Assembly: GCA_937901745.1 (NCBI GenBank)
Contig: CALGSZ010000158.1
Span: forward strand, 4,515 to 68,514
DNA length: 64,000 nucleotides
Direction of reading: 5' to 3'
From: an uncultured Chloroflexota bacterium
GTDB lineage: Bacteria; Chloroflexota; Chloroflexia; Thermomicrobiales; UBA6265
Positions 54,362 to 63,647 of the stretch are shown piece by piece; position 1 is the stretch's first letter, and each line of letters opens with the position of its first letter. The notes under the pieces are model-generated. The model did not search any database. It saw nothing but the letters and a program-made list of their open reading frames with translations, and was not told the origin of the DNA. Made by a program: the position numbers and the translations under genes.

Positions 54362-56530
54362 ATGAGCTTTAGCGCCGACGCCGTCCTTGCATCACAGACG
54401 TTCATCAGGCAGTTCAAAGGCCTGCCTCAGGACCACCGGTCGAGTATTTGGAAATGTCTCTGGGAGCTTCGCAAGAACCCGTTCCCCGATGGCCGGACTA
54501 AGGTCAAGTTGAAGCAGTGGAAGCATGACTTGTGGCGCGTTCGATGTGGCCCGTACCGCATCGTCTACCGGTTCGACGCCAATGGCGTGCACGTCATCGC
54601 GGTGGATCGCCGGAAGGATATCTATAAGTGGGACCTCGATTGCCTCGCGCAGCGCAGCGATTGGTGGGGGCTGCCGCTGTCGATAGCGATTGCTGGCGCG
54701 GAGCTCGAGCATGAAGACGACGAGGCGGCGTATGTGCCAGCCGGCGCCGTGCCTGGCGAGGACGGGGCACCGGAGACGCGGCATGACGAAGCTGTCGCGA
54801 TCGACGATATCCTCCCGCGACGGTTGGATGAGGCGTTCCTGCGCCAGCTTGGCGTGCCGCAGCGAGACATCCCGATCCTCGCCGCGTGCCGGACGCTTGA
54901 TGACCTGATCGACGCGAAGGTGCCAGAGCCGATCCGGCTACTAGTCTTCGACAATGTGGTGAAGCCGGACTATGACGACGTCGCTGATGGGCCGCGGCTC
55001 ATCGCGCCGCTCGACGACCTGCGTCGCTACGCGGAGGGAGAGCTCGTCACGTTCCTGCTGAAGCTCGACAGCGAGCAGCAGCGATTCGTGGAGTGGCGGA
55101 TCGGGACTGGGCCGGCGTTGCTCAAGGGCGGTCCGGGCACCGGCAAGACGGTGATTGCGCTCTACCGGACGCGGGAGGTGCTGCGGCAGCTGCGGGCGCG
55201 GGGGATCGAGCGGCCGCGCATCTTGGTGACGACCTACACCAATTCGCTCGTCAACGCCGCGCATGAGATGCTGCGGGCGCTCCTCCGGGAAGATGCCGAT
55301 CTCGTCACGGTGCGCACAGTGGATAGCCTGGTCGCGGAGATTCTGAGAGGCGTCGGCGAGTCGGGGCGGAGCTCTGACGACGGCATCGTGCGCGACCAGG
55401 TAAACAAGGCGCTACAGCAGCTCGAGAATGGCTCCGCGGAGGACCGGATGCTTGCTCGGTCGATCGCGCACCTTCCTCTGGATTACCTCTGCGAGGAGAT
55501 CGAGCGGGTCATCATCGGCCGTGAGCTGGATACGCTGGAGTCGTTCCTGGTGGAGGAGCGCCGGGGCCGGCGCGTGCGGCTCACGTCGCAACAGCGGCGG
55601 GCGATCTGGCGAGTCATGGAGGTTCGGCGAGAGCTGATGCGCCGCCGGAACCATGCGCCGACCTTCGCGGAGAACCGGCGCCGGGCGGCGGATCTGGTGC
55701 GGTCGGGACGAGGGCCCGAGGCGTACGACGCGGTGATCATTGACGAGGCGCAGGATTTGGATCCGGTCGCAATCCGGATGCTCGTCGCGCTTTGCAAGCC
55801 GTCGGGCGACTTGCTGATCACGGCGGATGGCAACCAATCCATCTATGGCGCCGGGTTCAGCTGGCGGCGAGTCCACGAGGATTTGCGATTCCGGGGCAAG
55901 ACGGGCGTGCTGCGCAAGAATTACCGGTCCACGAAGGAGATCGTGGTGGCGGTCACGAGCTATTTGCGCGGCGCGGAAGCGGACAACGAGACGATCGCGG
56001 AGCTCAACGCGGTGCGGAGAGGACCGCACCCGGTGCTGCGGCGGCTGGGCCCCTCGGCGGCGGAGGCGGACGAGCTCGCGAGGTGGCTGCGGGAAGCGGC
56101 GAAACGCCAGCGAGTTGGGCTGGGTTGCCTGGCGGTGCTGGCGCCGACCAATCAGATCGGCCACGCGATCGCTCAGCAATTGTCTGACCGAGGCGTCACG
56201 GCGCGGTTCATGTCGAGCGACCAGGTGCAGCTCGAGAACGGCGAGGCGAAGGTGCTGACGTTCCACGCGGCTAAGGGGTTGGAGTTCCCGGTCGTCGCCG
56301 TGGCGGGGCTCTATCCGAATATTGGCTTCCTGGCCAGGCAGTCGGAGAACCCGGAGCACGAGGAAGAGAAGCTGCAGCTCAAGCGACGCGTGCTCTATGT
56401 GGCGATGGGCCGGGCGATGCGCGAGCTGTGCGTCTTCGCGCCGGCGAATTGCTCGTCGCCTCTCCTGCAAGGCTTCAACGAACAATACTGGCTGGTGCCC
56501 GAGGTGGCCGGGGAGAGATCCGCGGCGTAG
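54362..56530 (+). CDS. RelE/ParE toxin-fold domain fused to a UvrD/Rep-like superfamily 1 helicase
   Basis: ATG at 54362 follows GGAAGGAGG. Residues 1-92 (KLKQWKHDLWRVRCGPYRIVYRFDANGVHVIAVDRRKDIYKW) match the RelE/ParE signature. Helicase motifs: Walker A GGPGTGKT (55127-55150), DEAQD (55742-55756), RKNYRSTKEIV, TFHAAKGLEFPVV, LYVAMGRAMREL. Confidence 0.85.
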   Translation: MSFSADAVLASQTFIRQFKGLPQDHRSSIWKCLWELRKNPFPDGRTKVKLKQWKHDLWRVRCGPYRIVYRFDANGVHVIAVDRRKDIYKWDLDCLAQRSDWWGLPLSIAIAGAELEHEDDEAAYVPAGAVPGEDGAPETRHDEAVAIDDILPRRLDEAFLRQLGVPQRDIPILAACRTLDDLIDAKVPEPIRLLVFDNVVKPDYDDVADGPRLIAPLDDLRRYAEGELVTFLLKLDSEQQRFVEWRIGTGPALLKGGPGTGKTVIALYRTREVLRQLRARGIERPRILVTTYTNSLVNAAHEMLRALLREDADLVTVRTVDSLVAEILRGVGESGRSSDDGIVRDQVNKALQQLENGSAEDRMLARSIAHLPLDYLCEEIERVIIGRELDTLESFLVEERRGRRVRLTSQQRRAIWRVMEVRRELMRRRNHAPTFAENRRRAADLVRSGRGPEAYDAVIIDEAQDLDPVAIRMLVALCKPSGDLLITADGNQSIYGAGFSWRRVHEDLRFRGKTGVLRKNYRSTKEIVVAVTSYLRGAEADNETIAELNAVRRGPHPVLRRLGPSAAEADELARWLREAAKRQRVGLGCLAVLAPTNQIGHAIAQQLSDRGVTARFMSSDQVQLENGEAKVLTFHAAKGLEFPVVAVAGLYPNIGFLARQSENPEHEEEKLQLKRRVLYVAMGRAMRELCVFAPANCSSPLLQGFNEQYWLVPEVAGERSAA

Positions 56531-56537
56531 GGGGCGC

Positions 56538-57746
56538 TCACGCGTTCTCGGTGACTGGGACCACGGGCGTGCTGGCCCTGGCGCGGAGCCGGGTCGCGCG
56601 GCGCTGGGCGAGCAGGAGAGCGGGCACGAGTAGAACCGCCAGCACAGTGCCCGCGTCGAGCGGCAGGCTTTCGCGCTGCGCGTAGAGCGGGCCGGCGACG
56701 ACCGGCCCGAGGGCGAAGGCGAGCCCACCCGCCATTTCCCCAAGCGCAAACGCTCGCGCCCGGTGCGCGGCCGGGGCCAGATCCCCAAGCGCGGCGGCGA
56801 GCAGTGCCCAGGACGAGAAGAGCCCGCCGCGGAAGAGGAAGGCGACGATCACCAGGACGATTGCCCCGGTGGAGCGGAAGAGGACGAAGCCGACCGCCGT
56901 CAGGCCGACGACGATCGCGACCGCGATGAAGGGCGCACGCTCCAGCCGCGGCACGCGCGCCACCGCCAGGCCCATCGCGGCGGAGCCGATCGCGCCTGCC
57001 GAACTGAGCGACGCGATGGTCGCGGGAGCCATCCCGCGCACATCCTCCAGGAACACTGGCACGAACGAAGCGCCGAGGGAAAGGGCGAAGACGGCGCTCG
57101 GCAGAAATGTGAGGACCAGCCGCACGGCCGGGTCGCTGGCAGCGGCGCGGTAACTGGATGGCTTCTCGCCTTCCTTGGTAGGCGCGATCTTCGGCTCTTT
57201 GACCCGCGAGAAGAACAAGATCGAGATGATGGTGCAGACGGCGGCGAGGATGAACGCCGCCCGCATGCCCCAGAGGCTGACCAGCGCCCCAGAGATCAGC
57301 GGCGCGATGATGAGGGCGATCGAGGGGCCGACTGAGAAGACCAGCGCGAAGGAGCGCACGCGTTGCTCGCCGCCCAGACCGGCGACGAGGGATTGCGCCA
57401 GCGGGAAGACGATCTCCCCAACAGCGGTGGCGAGGACCATCACGATCAAGTGGGTCCAATGGGTGGCGAGGGCGGCGGTGACCAGTCCGGCCGCGGAGAT
57501 CGAGCGACCGAGCAGGATCGCGCGGCGGTAGCCGAGACGTTCGGCGATGGTGGCTGATGGGATGAGAACGCCGAGGCGCAGGAAGCCGCTAGCGCCGACC
57601 AGCAGGCCAACGACGGCGACCGGCGCGCCCAGCCGCTCGATCCAGAGTGGCCAGATGCTCAAGTAGGAGCCGAACGTGGCCTCCAGGAACGTGACGGCCC
57701 AGAAGATCGTGGCGATCGGTTTCGGAATCCCAAGCCCAAGCCGCAT
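56538..57746 (-). CDS. MFS transporter
   Basis: About 12 TM segments, with the loop motif AERLGYRRAILLG between TM2 and TM3. Confidence 0.85.
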   Translation of the reverse strand: MRLGLGIPKPIATIFWAVTFLEATFGSYLSIWPLWIERLGAPVAVVGLLVGASGFLRLGVLIPSATIAERLGYRRAILLGRSISAAGLVTAALATHWTHLIVMVLATAVGEIVFPLAQSLVAGLGGEQRVRSFALVFSVGPSIALIIAPLISGALVSLWGMRAAFILAAVCTIISILFFSRVKEPKIAPTKEGEKPSSYRAAASDPAVRLVLTFLPSAVFALSLGASFVPVFLEDVRGMAPATIASLSSAGAIGSAAMGLAVARVPRLERAPFIAVAIVVGLTAVGFVLFRSTGAIVLVIVAFLFRGGLFSSWALLAAALGDLAPAAHRARAFALGEMAGGLAFALGPVVAGPLYAQRESLPLDAGTVLAVLLVPALLLAQRRATRLRARASTPVVPVTENA

Positions 57747-57888
57747 GATACCCTCACCCGGCGGGAGTGTAGAGGAGTTGAGATTCCGGCGCGAGGGTGT
57801 CGAAACCTACGGTATGATGCGGCCGCAGGCATGAAGCGCTCGCAGTCGAGCGTGTGTTGGTAGTCGAATGAGCACACGGGGAGGAGCG

Positions 57889-58695
57889 ATGTTTCGTCCG
57901 GACTTACTCGCTGGCAAAGTCGCGGTCGTAACCGGTGCGGGGACGGGAATCGGCGTTGGAATCGGTGAATGGCTGGCAAGGGCGGGCGCGGCGGTGGCCG
58001 CCGGCTACTACGCCAGCGGCTCCGGCGCCGATGCGCTCGCGGCCAGGATCCGAATGGGAGGAGGCCGGGCGTTCTCGCATCCTTGCGATGTGCGCGACCA
58101 GGCGAGTGTGGAGGCGTTCTTTGACCGGGTGATCGAGCAGTTCGGCCGCGTCGACTTCCTTATCAACAATTCCGGGATCACCGAGCCCAAGCCGCTGCTC
58201 GAAATGACGCAAGAGGATTGGGACCGGACGCTGAACATCAATCTGCGCGGCGCCTTCTTCTGCACGCAGCGCGCGGCCAAGGAGATGATCCGGCAGGGGA
58301 GCGGCGGGCGGATCATCAATCTCAGTTCGGTGCACGGGTTCTCCTCCATGCCGGACCACGCGCACTATGAGGCGAGCAAGGGTGGTATCAATCTCTTCAC
58401 CAAGGCATGCGCCATCGAGCTGGCGCCGTACAACATCCAGGTCAATGCGATCGCGCCGGGAGCGATCGAGGTCGAACGCTATTTCCGGAACCCGAACTAC
58501 AATCGCCGCAGCCTCGAGGTGACGATTCCGGCGGGCCGCGTGGGCAGTCCGGACGATATTGGCCCGCTGGCGGTGTTCCTCTGCTCCGAGGGCGCGAGCT
58601 ACATCACGGGGCAGATCATCTGGGTTGACGGCGGACTCATCAGCTATATGGGACTCGGGCAGCCGGAGCCGAGGAAGATCGAGCAGCAGGGCTAA
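57889..58695 (+). CDS. SDR family oxidoreductase
   Basis: ATG at 57889 follows GGGGAGGAG. TGAGTGIG, NNSG, and catalytic S ... YEASKGGI. Confidence 0.9.
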   Translation: MFRPDLLAGKVAVVTGAGTGIGVGIGEWLARAGAAVAAGYYASGSGADALAARIRMGGGRAFSHPCDVRDQASVEAFFDRVIEQFGRVDFLINNSGITEPKPLLEMTQEDWDRTLNINLRGAFFCTQRAAKEMIRQGSGGRIINLSSVHGFSSMPDHAHYEASKGGINLFTKACAIELAPYNIQVNAIAPGAIEVERYFRNPNYNRRSLEVTIPAGRVGSPDDIGPLAVFLCSEGASYITGQIIWVDGGLISYMGLGQPEPRKIEQQG

Positions 58696-58697
58696 GG

Positions 58698-58750
58698 GAA
58701 GGCTAAGGGGCGAGCGGGAGGCGAGATCCAACGCTCGCCCCTTAGCCTTC
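58698..58750. terminator. 19-bp perfect stem-loop between the SDR and MlrC-like genes
   Basis: GAAGGCTAAGGGGCGAGCG (58698-58716) pairs perfectly with CGCTCGCCCCTTAGCCTTC (58732-58750), with a 15-nt loop. It starts 3 nt after the SDR stop. Confidence 0.6.
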
Positions 58751-58770
58751 GCTGCCCTCCGGAGGCGCGC

Positions 58771-60270
58771 ATGCGAATCGCTATCGGCGAGTTTTCCCAC
58801 GAGACGAATACGCTGTGCGCGGGCCTGACAGAGCTCGCGCACTTCAAGGCTCGGGAATGGTCGGAGGGCGAGGCTCTGCTGCAAGCGCACACGGGAGTGC
58901 GCGACCCGCTGGGCGGGATGATCGCGGCGGCCGAGCGGCTCGGCGTCGAAGTCGTGCCGACGCTGGCGACCTCGACCGAGCCGTCGGGAACGATCGCGCT
59001 GGCGACCTACCAGGCGATCCGGGACGCGCTCTTTGCCGCGATCCGCGCCGCCGGTCCGATCGATGCGCTCTGCCTCTCGCTCCATGGCGCTGGCACCGTC
59101 GAGGGGATGGATGACCTCGAAGGGACGCTGCTGACGGAGCTGCGGGAGGCGTTCGGGCGCGACCTACCAGTGGTCGTCACGCTCGATCTGCACGGGCATA
59201 CGACGCCGGCGATGCTCGAGGGCGCCAATGCGCTCCTCTATTGCCACGAGTACCCGCATATCGACGGCTACGAGCGCGGTCTCGAGGCGCTGGAACTGGC
59301 GGTGAAGATCGTGCGCGGGGAGGCGCGGCCGGTGATGTGGTTGGAGCGGCTGCCGGTGATGATCCCACCCTCGACGACCCGGCATGGTCCGGCGCGGGCG
59401 GTGAACGAACGGTGCTTCGCCTGGGAAGCGCGGCCGGGGATGATCGATTGCGCCTTCGTCCATGGCTTCCCGCACACCGATGTGACCATCACTGGCGCCG
59501 CCGCGCTGGCGACCGCCGATGGCGATTTGGAGCTGGCGCGGGAGGCGGCGCGGGACGTGGCTTCGTTCATCTGGCAGACGCGCGAGCAGTTCCTCGATCG
59601 GCTCCCTGGCGCGGAGGAGGCGGTGCGCCTGGCGCTGGCGGAGGATCGAGAGCCGGTCATCATCGCGGAGGTGTCGGACAATCCCGGCGGCGGTTCTCCT
59701 GGCGACGGCACGCATCTCCTGCGGGCGCTGCTGGCGGCGAACGAGCCACGGACCTGCTTCGGCTTCATCTACGATCCAGAGACCGCGGCGCAGGCGCATG
59801 CCGCCGGAACGGGGAAGACGATCGAGGTCCGGCTGGGCGCTAAGACGGATCGCCTGCACGGGGAACCGATCGAGGCGACCGCCTACGTGAAGTGCCTGAC
59901 CGACGGGCAGTTCCGCTACACGACCCCTATGGGCGCCGGGACGTTGGTCAATCTCGGCCCGATGGCTCGGCTGGTGATCGGGAACGTCGACGTGCTCGTC
60001 TCGTCGGTCCGGACGCAGACGTTCGACGCCGAGGTCTTCCTGCTGCACGGCATTGACGTCACGCGGTACCGGATCGTCGGGCTCAAGTCGCAGCAGCATT
60101 TCCGGGCGGGATTTGAGGGGATCGCCGGGACGATCATCCGCAGCGATCCCCCAGGGATTACGACGAGCAATCTCGCGGCGCTGCCGTTCCAGCGCGTGCC
60201 CCGCCCGATCTGGCCGCTGGACGAGATCAACGAGTGGGAGGCCAGCCAGACGGCACCGGCTCGGCCTTGA
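58771..60270 (+). CDS. M81 family metallopeptidase (MlrC-like)
   Basis: The N-terminus MRIAIGEFSHETNT, LSLHGAG and HEYPHID are MlrC N-domain hallmarks. An MlrC_C-like tail is present. Confidence 0.85.
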   Translation: MRIAIGEFSHETNTLCAGLTELAHFKAREWSEGEALLQAHTGVRDPLGGMIAAAERLGVEVVPTLATSTEPSGTIALATYQAIRDALFAAIRAAGPIDALCLSLHGAGTVEGMDDLEGTLLTELREAFGRDLPVVVTLDLHGHTTPAMLEGANALLYCHEYPHIDGYERGLEALELAVKIVRGEARPVMWLERLPVMIPPSTTRHGPARAVNERCFAWEARPGMIDCAFVHGFPHTDVTITGAAALATADGDLELAREAARDVASFIWQTREQFLDRLPGAEEAVRLALAEDREPVIIAEVSDNPGGGSPGDGTHLLRALLAANEPRTCFGFIYDPETAAQAHAAGTGKTIEVRLGAKTDRLHGEPIEATAYVKCLTDGQFRYTTPMGAGTLVNLGPMARLVIGNVDVLVSSVRTQTFDAEVFLLHGIDVTRYRIVGLKSQQHFRAGFEGIAGTIIRSDPPGITTSNLAALPFQRVPRPIWPLDEINEWEASQTAPARP

Positions 60271-61456
60271 CCGTTTCCCAGGGCGGCAGACCGATCCCCT
60301 CCGGGTTGTAGACGATCTTCCCGGCGCGGATCGTCAGGCGACAACGGAGTCGCTGCCGCCCTTTCAAGGTCGTCTTGCCGCAGTCAACAAAGGTGAAGTC
60401 GCCTTCGTCGAGCGCGAGGACGGCGATATCGGCCTCGGCGCCGACTCTGAGCGTGCCGAGGTGCGGGCGACCGATCTCGCGGGCAGGGGCGACCGTGGCG
60501 CGGGCGATGACATCCGGGAGCGGTACGCCGAGATTGAGAATCTTGTTCATCGTCGTCAGCAGATCGAAGACCGGCCCGTTGACGTTGCCCGTGTGAAGAT
60601 CAGTGCTGATCGAGTCGGGGATGAACCCCTGAGCGATCGCGGGCGCGGCGTTGCGGAACCAAAAGCTGGCGGCACCGTGCCCGACGTCGAAGATGATCCC
60701 GCGATCGCGCGCGGCCCACATGAAATCGGATACCCGGCCGTTGGCGTCGAGGACCGGGAACTGCTGGGCGAAGACATGGGTGTGGATGTCGCCGGGCCGC
60801 AGCTTCTCGAGGATGAGTTGGGGATAGGGGCGCTCTGGCAGCCAGGGGTAGAAATCGACCATTACCGGCATGCCGCAGTGCTCTCCCGCCTCGACCGCGG
60901 CATCAACCGCCGCCCAGGGCGGATGCTCCGCGTCGAAGGGGAGTTTCGCCCAGTAGTGAGCGGTCTTGATCCCGACGACGACATCGGAAAAGACCTCGGC
61001 GATGGCGGCGGCCGCCTTCGGCTGCATCTCGCGCACGTCGTGCTCCCAATCGCCGCCCATTCCAGAGCCGACGATATTGACATAAGCGAGAACGCGAATC
61101 GGCGCGCGGTCAATGACTTCCAGCTTGAAGTCGAGGAAGTCGCGCCAACCGACCGTCCCGGCGTCCACGACGGTCGTCACGCCAGAGGAGAAGGTGTTGA
61201 CGAGCGGGTGGAGAGAGAGCGTCGAGCGGCGGTGCGTGTGCGCGACGTGAGCGTGCATGTCGATCAAGCCGGGGGTGACGATCGAGCCGCTGACGTCGAG
61301 AACGGTTTCGTCCGGGGCTGGAGCGAGGCCGGGTCCGACCTCGGCGATTTGGCCGTTGCGGACGCGAACGTCTGCGAGACCGTCAGTGCCGCTGTCGGGG
61401 TCAATGACGCGGCCGCCGGAGAGGAGGAAGTTGGGCAGTGGTGGGGTGTCACTCAT
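60227..61456 (-). CDS. amidohydrolase family metallohydrolase (deacylase/dihydroorotase-like)
   Basis: GGRVIDP ... VRNGQIAEVG ... VTPGLIDMHAHV is the amidohydrolase metal-binding H-x-H block. The 3' end overlaps the convergent MlrC-like gene by 44 nt. Confidence 0.85.
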   Translation of the reverse strand: MSDTPPLPNFLLSGGRVIDPDSGTDGLADVRVRNGQIAEVGPGLAPAPDETVLDVSGSIVTPGLIDMHAHVAHTHRRSTLSLHPLVNTFSSGVTTVVDAGTVGWRDFLDFKLEVIDRAPIRVLAYVNIVGSGMGGDWEHDVREMQPKAAAAIAEVFSDVVVGIKTAHYWAKLPFDAEHPPWAAVDAAVEAGEHCGMPVMVDFYPWLPERPYPQLILEKLRPGDIHTHVFAQQFPVLDANGRVSDFMWAARDRGIIFDVGHGAASFWFRNAAPAIAQGFIPDSISTDLHTGNVNGPVFDLLTTMNKILNLGVPLPDVIARATVAPAREIGRPHLGTLRVGAEADIAVLALDEGDFTFVDCGKTTLKGRQRLRCRLTIRAGKIVYNPEGIGLPPWETVKAEPVPSGWPPTR

Positions 61457-61462
61457 CGGCGC

Positions 61463-61987
61463 TCACTCCGCGTTGCGGCGACGCTGCAGGAGCGCGGTCG
61501 CCGCGAATTCATACGAGGCAGCCTTGTCCGGGACATCGACGAGATGGACCGTGAAGCGGGCGGGCACGCCGTGATCGGGGTAGTTGGTCGCCCAGAAGTT
61601 GGAGTAGGCCTCGGCGTAGGCGGCGCGGAGGCGCTCCTGCTCGGCGGCGAACCCGACGGGATCGACGAGGGGATTCGGGCTTTTCGGCTGGCAACCGAAG
61701 GCGTGCACCTCGAGGAAATCCACGTCCGCGAGCGATTCGCAGATGCCCGCTTCCTGCAGCCAGTGCTCCCAGCAGCGGAAGACGAGCGGGATTTCCCGGT
61801 GCGGGTCCATCGTAACGAGCTCGTCCAGGCCGAGGACGTTCTTCGCCGAATAGCCGCCGGTCAAGCCGGAGAAGTAGATGCGCAGGTCGCCGTCCGGAAG
61901 CTCCTCGGTGACGAGTGCGGACAGGACCGGCCGCTCGCCTTGGTAGTAGTAAGTCACCTTGCCCCGTCGCTTGACGTTGAACGGCAT
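61463..61987 (-). CDS. hypothetical protein (174 aa), translationally linked to the amidohydrolase gene
   Basis: ATG at 61987 follows GGAGGTG. The stop lies 6 nt upstream of the amidohydrolase start. Ordinary composition, family not recognised. The ORF-track extension to 62215 is unlikely. Confidence 0.6.
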   Translation of the reverse strand: MPFNVKRRGKVTYYYQGERPVLSALVTEELPDGDLRIYFSGLTGGYSAKNVLGLDELVTMDPHREIPLVFRCWEHWLQEAGICESLADVDFLEVHAFGCQPKSPNPLVDPVGFAAEQERLRAAYAEAYSNFWATNYPDHGVPARFTVHLVDVPDKAASYEFAATALLQRRRNAE

Positions 61988-62303
61988 GCTCACCTCCGTG
62001 CAGCGTTCAGACCGTGCCGCCGTCTGGCCCCGGCGGATTGGGCGGCATTTTCTCATAGGCACCTGGGGAATCTGGCGGCTGGAGGGGGGATGTGAGGCAT
62101 GGGACAGACGGATGAATGAGTGTGTGGCGCGATCCGCCCCGTGGCGCGAAGTCGAGCGGCGGTGCACGATTCCGCACGGGCGGGACGATTTACCATGCGG
62201 CGCATGGATTGCCATCGGTGACGGAGTGGGATGATGATCCGGCCCGCAAGTCTCGCCGACTACTCAAAGTCAAGCGTAAGTAATGTGAGAGGAACCAAAT
62301 GAC

Positions 62304-63584
62304 ATGGCGGAGGTCCGGGCATTTCGCGGGGTGCGGTACGGTGAGCGGGTGGCGGCGGCGCTCGGCCAGTTATTGGCGCCGCCGTACGACGTTTCGTCGC
62401 CGCACCTGATCGCGGATCTGCGGGACCGGCACCCGTACAACATGGTCCACTTGGAGCATGTCGCTCCGGACCCAGGCGAAGACCCGCATGCCATCGCCGC
62501 CGCGCAGTACCGCGCTTGGCGCGCGGCCGGGATCCTGGCGCGCGACTACCGGCCGGCGCTTTACGGCTACGAGCACGAGTTCACGGCGGACGGACGGCGC
62601 ATCACGCGACGGGGCCTCTTTGCCGCGGTGCGCCTGGCACCCTGGCGGGAGCGGATCGTGCTCCCGCATGAAGCGACCTTCCCCGGACCGGTGCGGGAGC
62701 GGCACCGCCGGCTGCGCAGCGTCCGCGCGAATATCAGTCCGGTGTACTTGCTGTACGAGGACCCCGCCGGGGAGATCGCGGCGGCTTTGGATGCGGGGAA
62801 CGCGGCCACGCTAGTGGCCGAGGGGAGCGATCCCGAGGGGGAGACACACCGGCTCACGGCGATCGCGGACGCCGAGGTCATTGGTCGCGTTGGTGAAGCC
62901 TTCCGCTCGCGGCGCCTCTACGTCGCGGACGGTCATCATCGCTACGAGGCGGCCGTCGCCTACCGCGACGAATACCGCGCGGTGAGCCGCGACGAATCGC
63001 CGCCCGATCCGGACGGCCCGGGCGCGTCAGATTACCTGCTGGCGCTGCTGGTCGAGGCATCCGATCCGGGAGTGCGAGTGTTGCCGACCCACCGGCTGGT
63101 GCGCGGTTTGCCCGCGTTCGATCCGCCGGCGATCCGGGAGCGGCTGGCCAGCTGGCTGAGCCTGGAGCCGGCCGAGCGAACGAGCTTGCCAGGCAAGAAC
63201 GACCTCGCGGTGCTTCTCTTTGCTGGCGAGGCGGGAGCTTGGCGCGTGCGGCGCCGGCGGGACGAGCGCCATCTCGCGCTCCTGCCGCCAGAGCGGAGCG
63301 AGGCGTGGCGACGACTGGCGGTGGCGGTGATCGAGCGGGTGGTGCTGGAGGAGGCGCTCGGGATTGGCGCCGCCGTGCTGCCCGAGCATGTCACATACGC
63401 ACACGAGGCGGATGTTGCTCGCGAGGCGGTGACGTCCGGCGATGCCCAGATCGCCATTTTGCTCGATGCGACGCCGGTTTCCGACATCATCGCCGTCGCG
63501 GAGGCGGGAGAGACGATGCCGGCGAAGTCGACCTACTTCTGGCCGAAGGTGCCGGCCGGGTTGGTGCTCCGGGACCTCGGGTAG
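62304..63584 (+). CDS. DUF1015 domain-containing protein
   Basis: VRAFRGVRY ... LLAPPYDV ... NPYNMVHL ... YVADGHHRYEAA ... LPTHRLV match the DUF1015 family blocks. Confidence 0.85.
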   Translation: MAEVRAFRGVRYGERVAAALGQLLAPPYDVSSPHLIADLRDRHPYNMVHLEHVAPDPGEDPHAIAAAQYRAWRAAGILARDYRPALYGYEHEFTADGRRITRRGLFAAVRLAPWRERIVLPHEATFPGPVRERHRRLRSVRANISPVYLLYEDPAGEIAAALDAGNAATLVAEGSDPEGETHRLTAIADAEVIGRVGEAFRSRRLYVADGHHRYEAAVAYRDEYRAVSRDESPPDPDGPGASDYLLALLVEASDPGVRVLPTHRLVRGLPAFDPPAIRERLASWLSLEPAERTSLPGKNDLAVLLFAGEAGAWRVRRRRDERHLALLPPERSEAWRRLAVAVIERVVLEEALGIGAAVLPEHVTYAHEADVAREAVTSGDAQIAILLDATPVSDIIAVAEAGETMPAKSTYFWPKVPAGLVLRDLG

Positions 63585-63647
63585 GGCAGCGGGAGGGCCA
63601 GGTCGCGCCGGTTGTTGTCGTCAACAACAGACGGATGAAGGATCTGA

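Noticed and set aside
60053-62095. 680-aa plus-strand ORF
   Set aside because: It is antisense to the amidohydrolase and the 174-aa protein genes. It is Arg/Gly/Asp-rich shadow sequence with no motifs.
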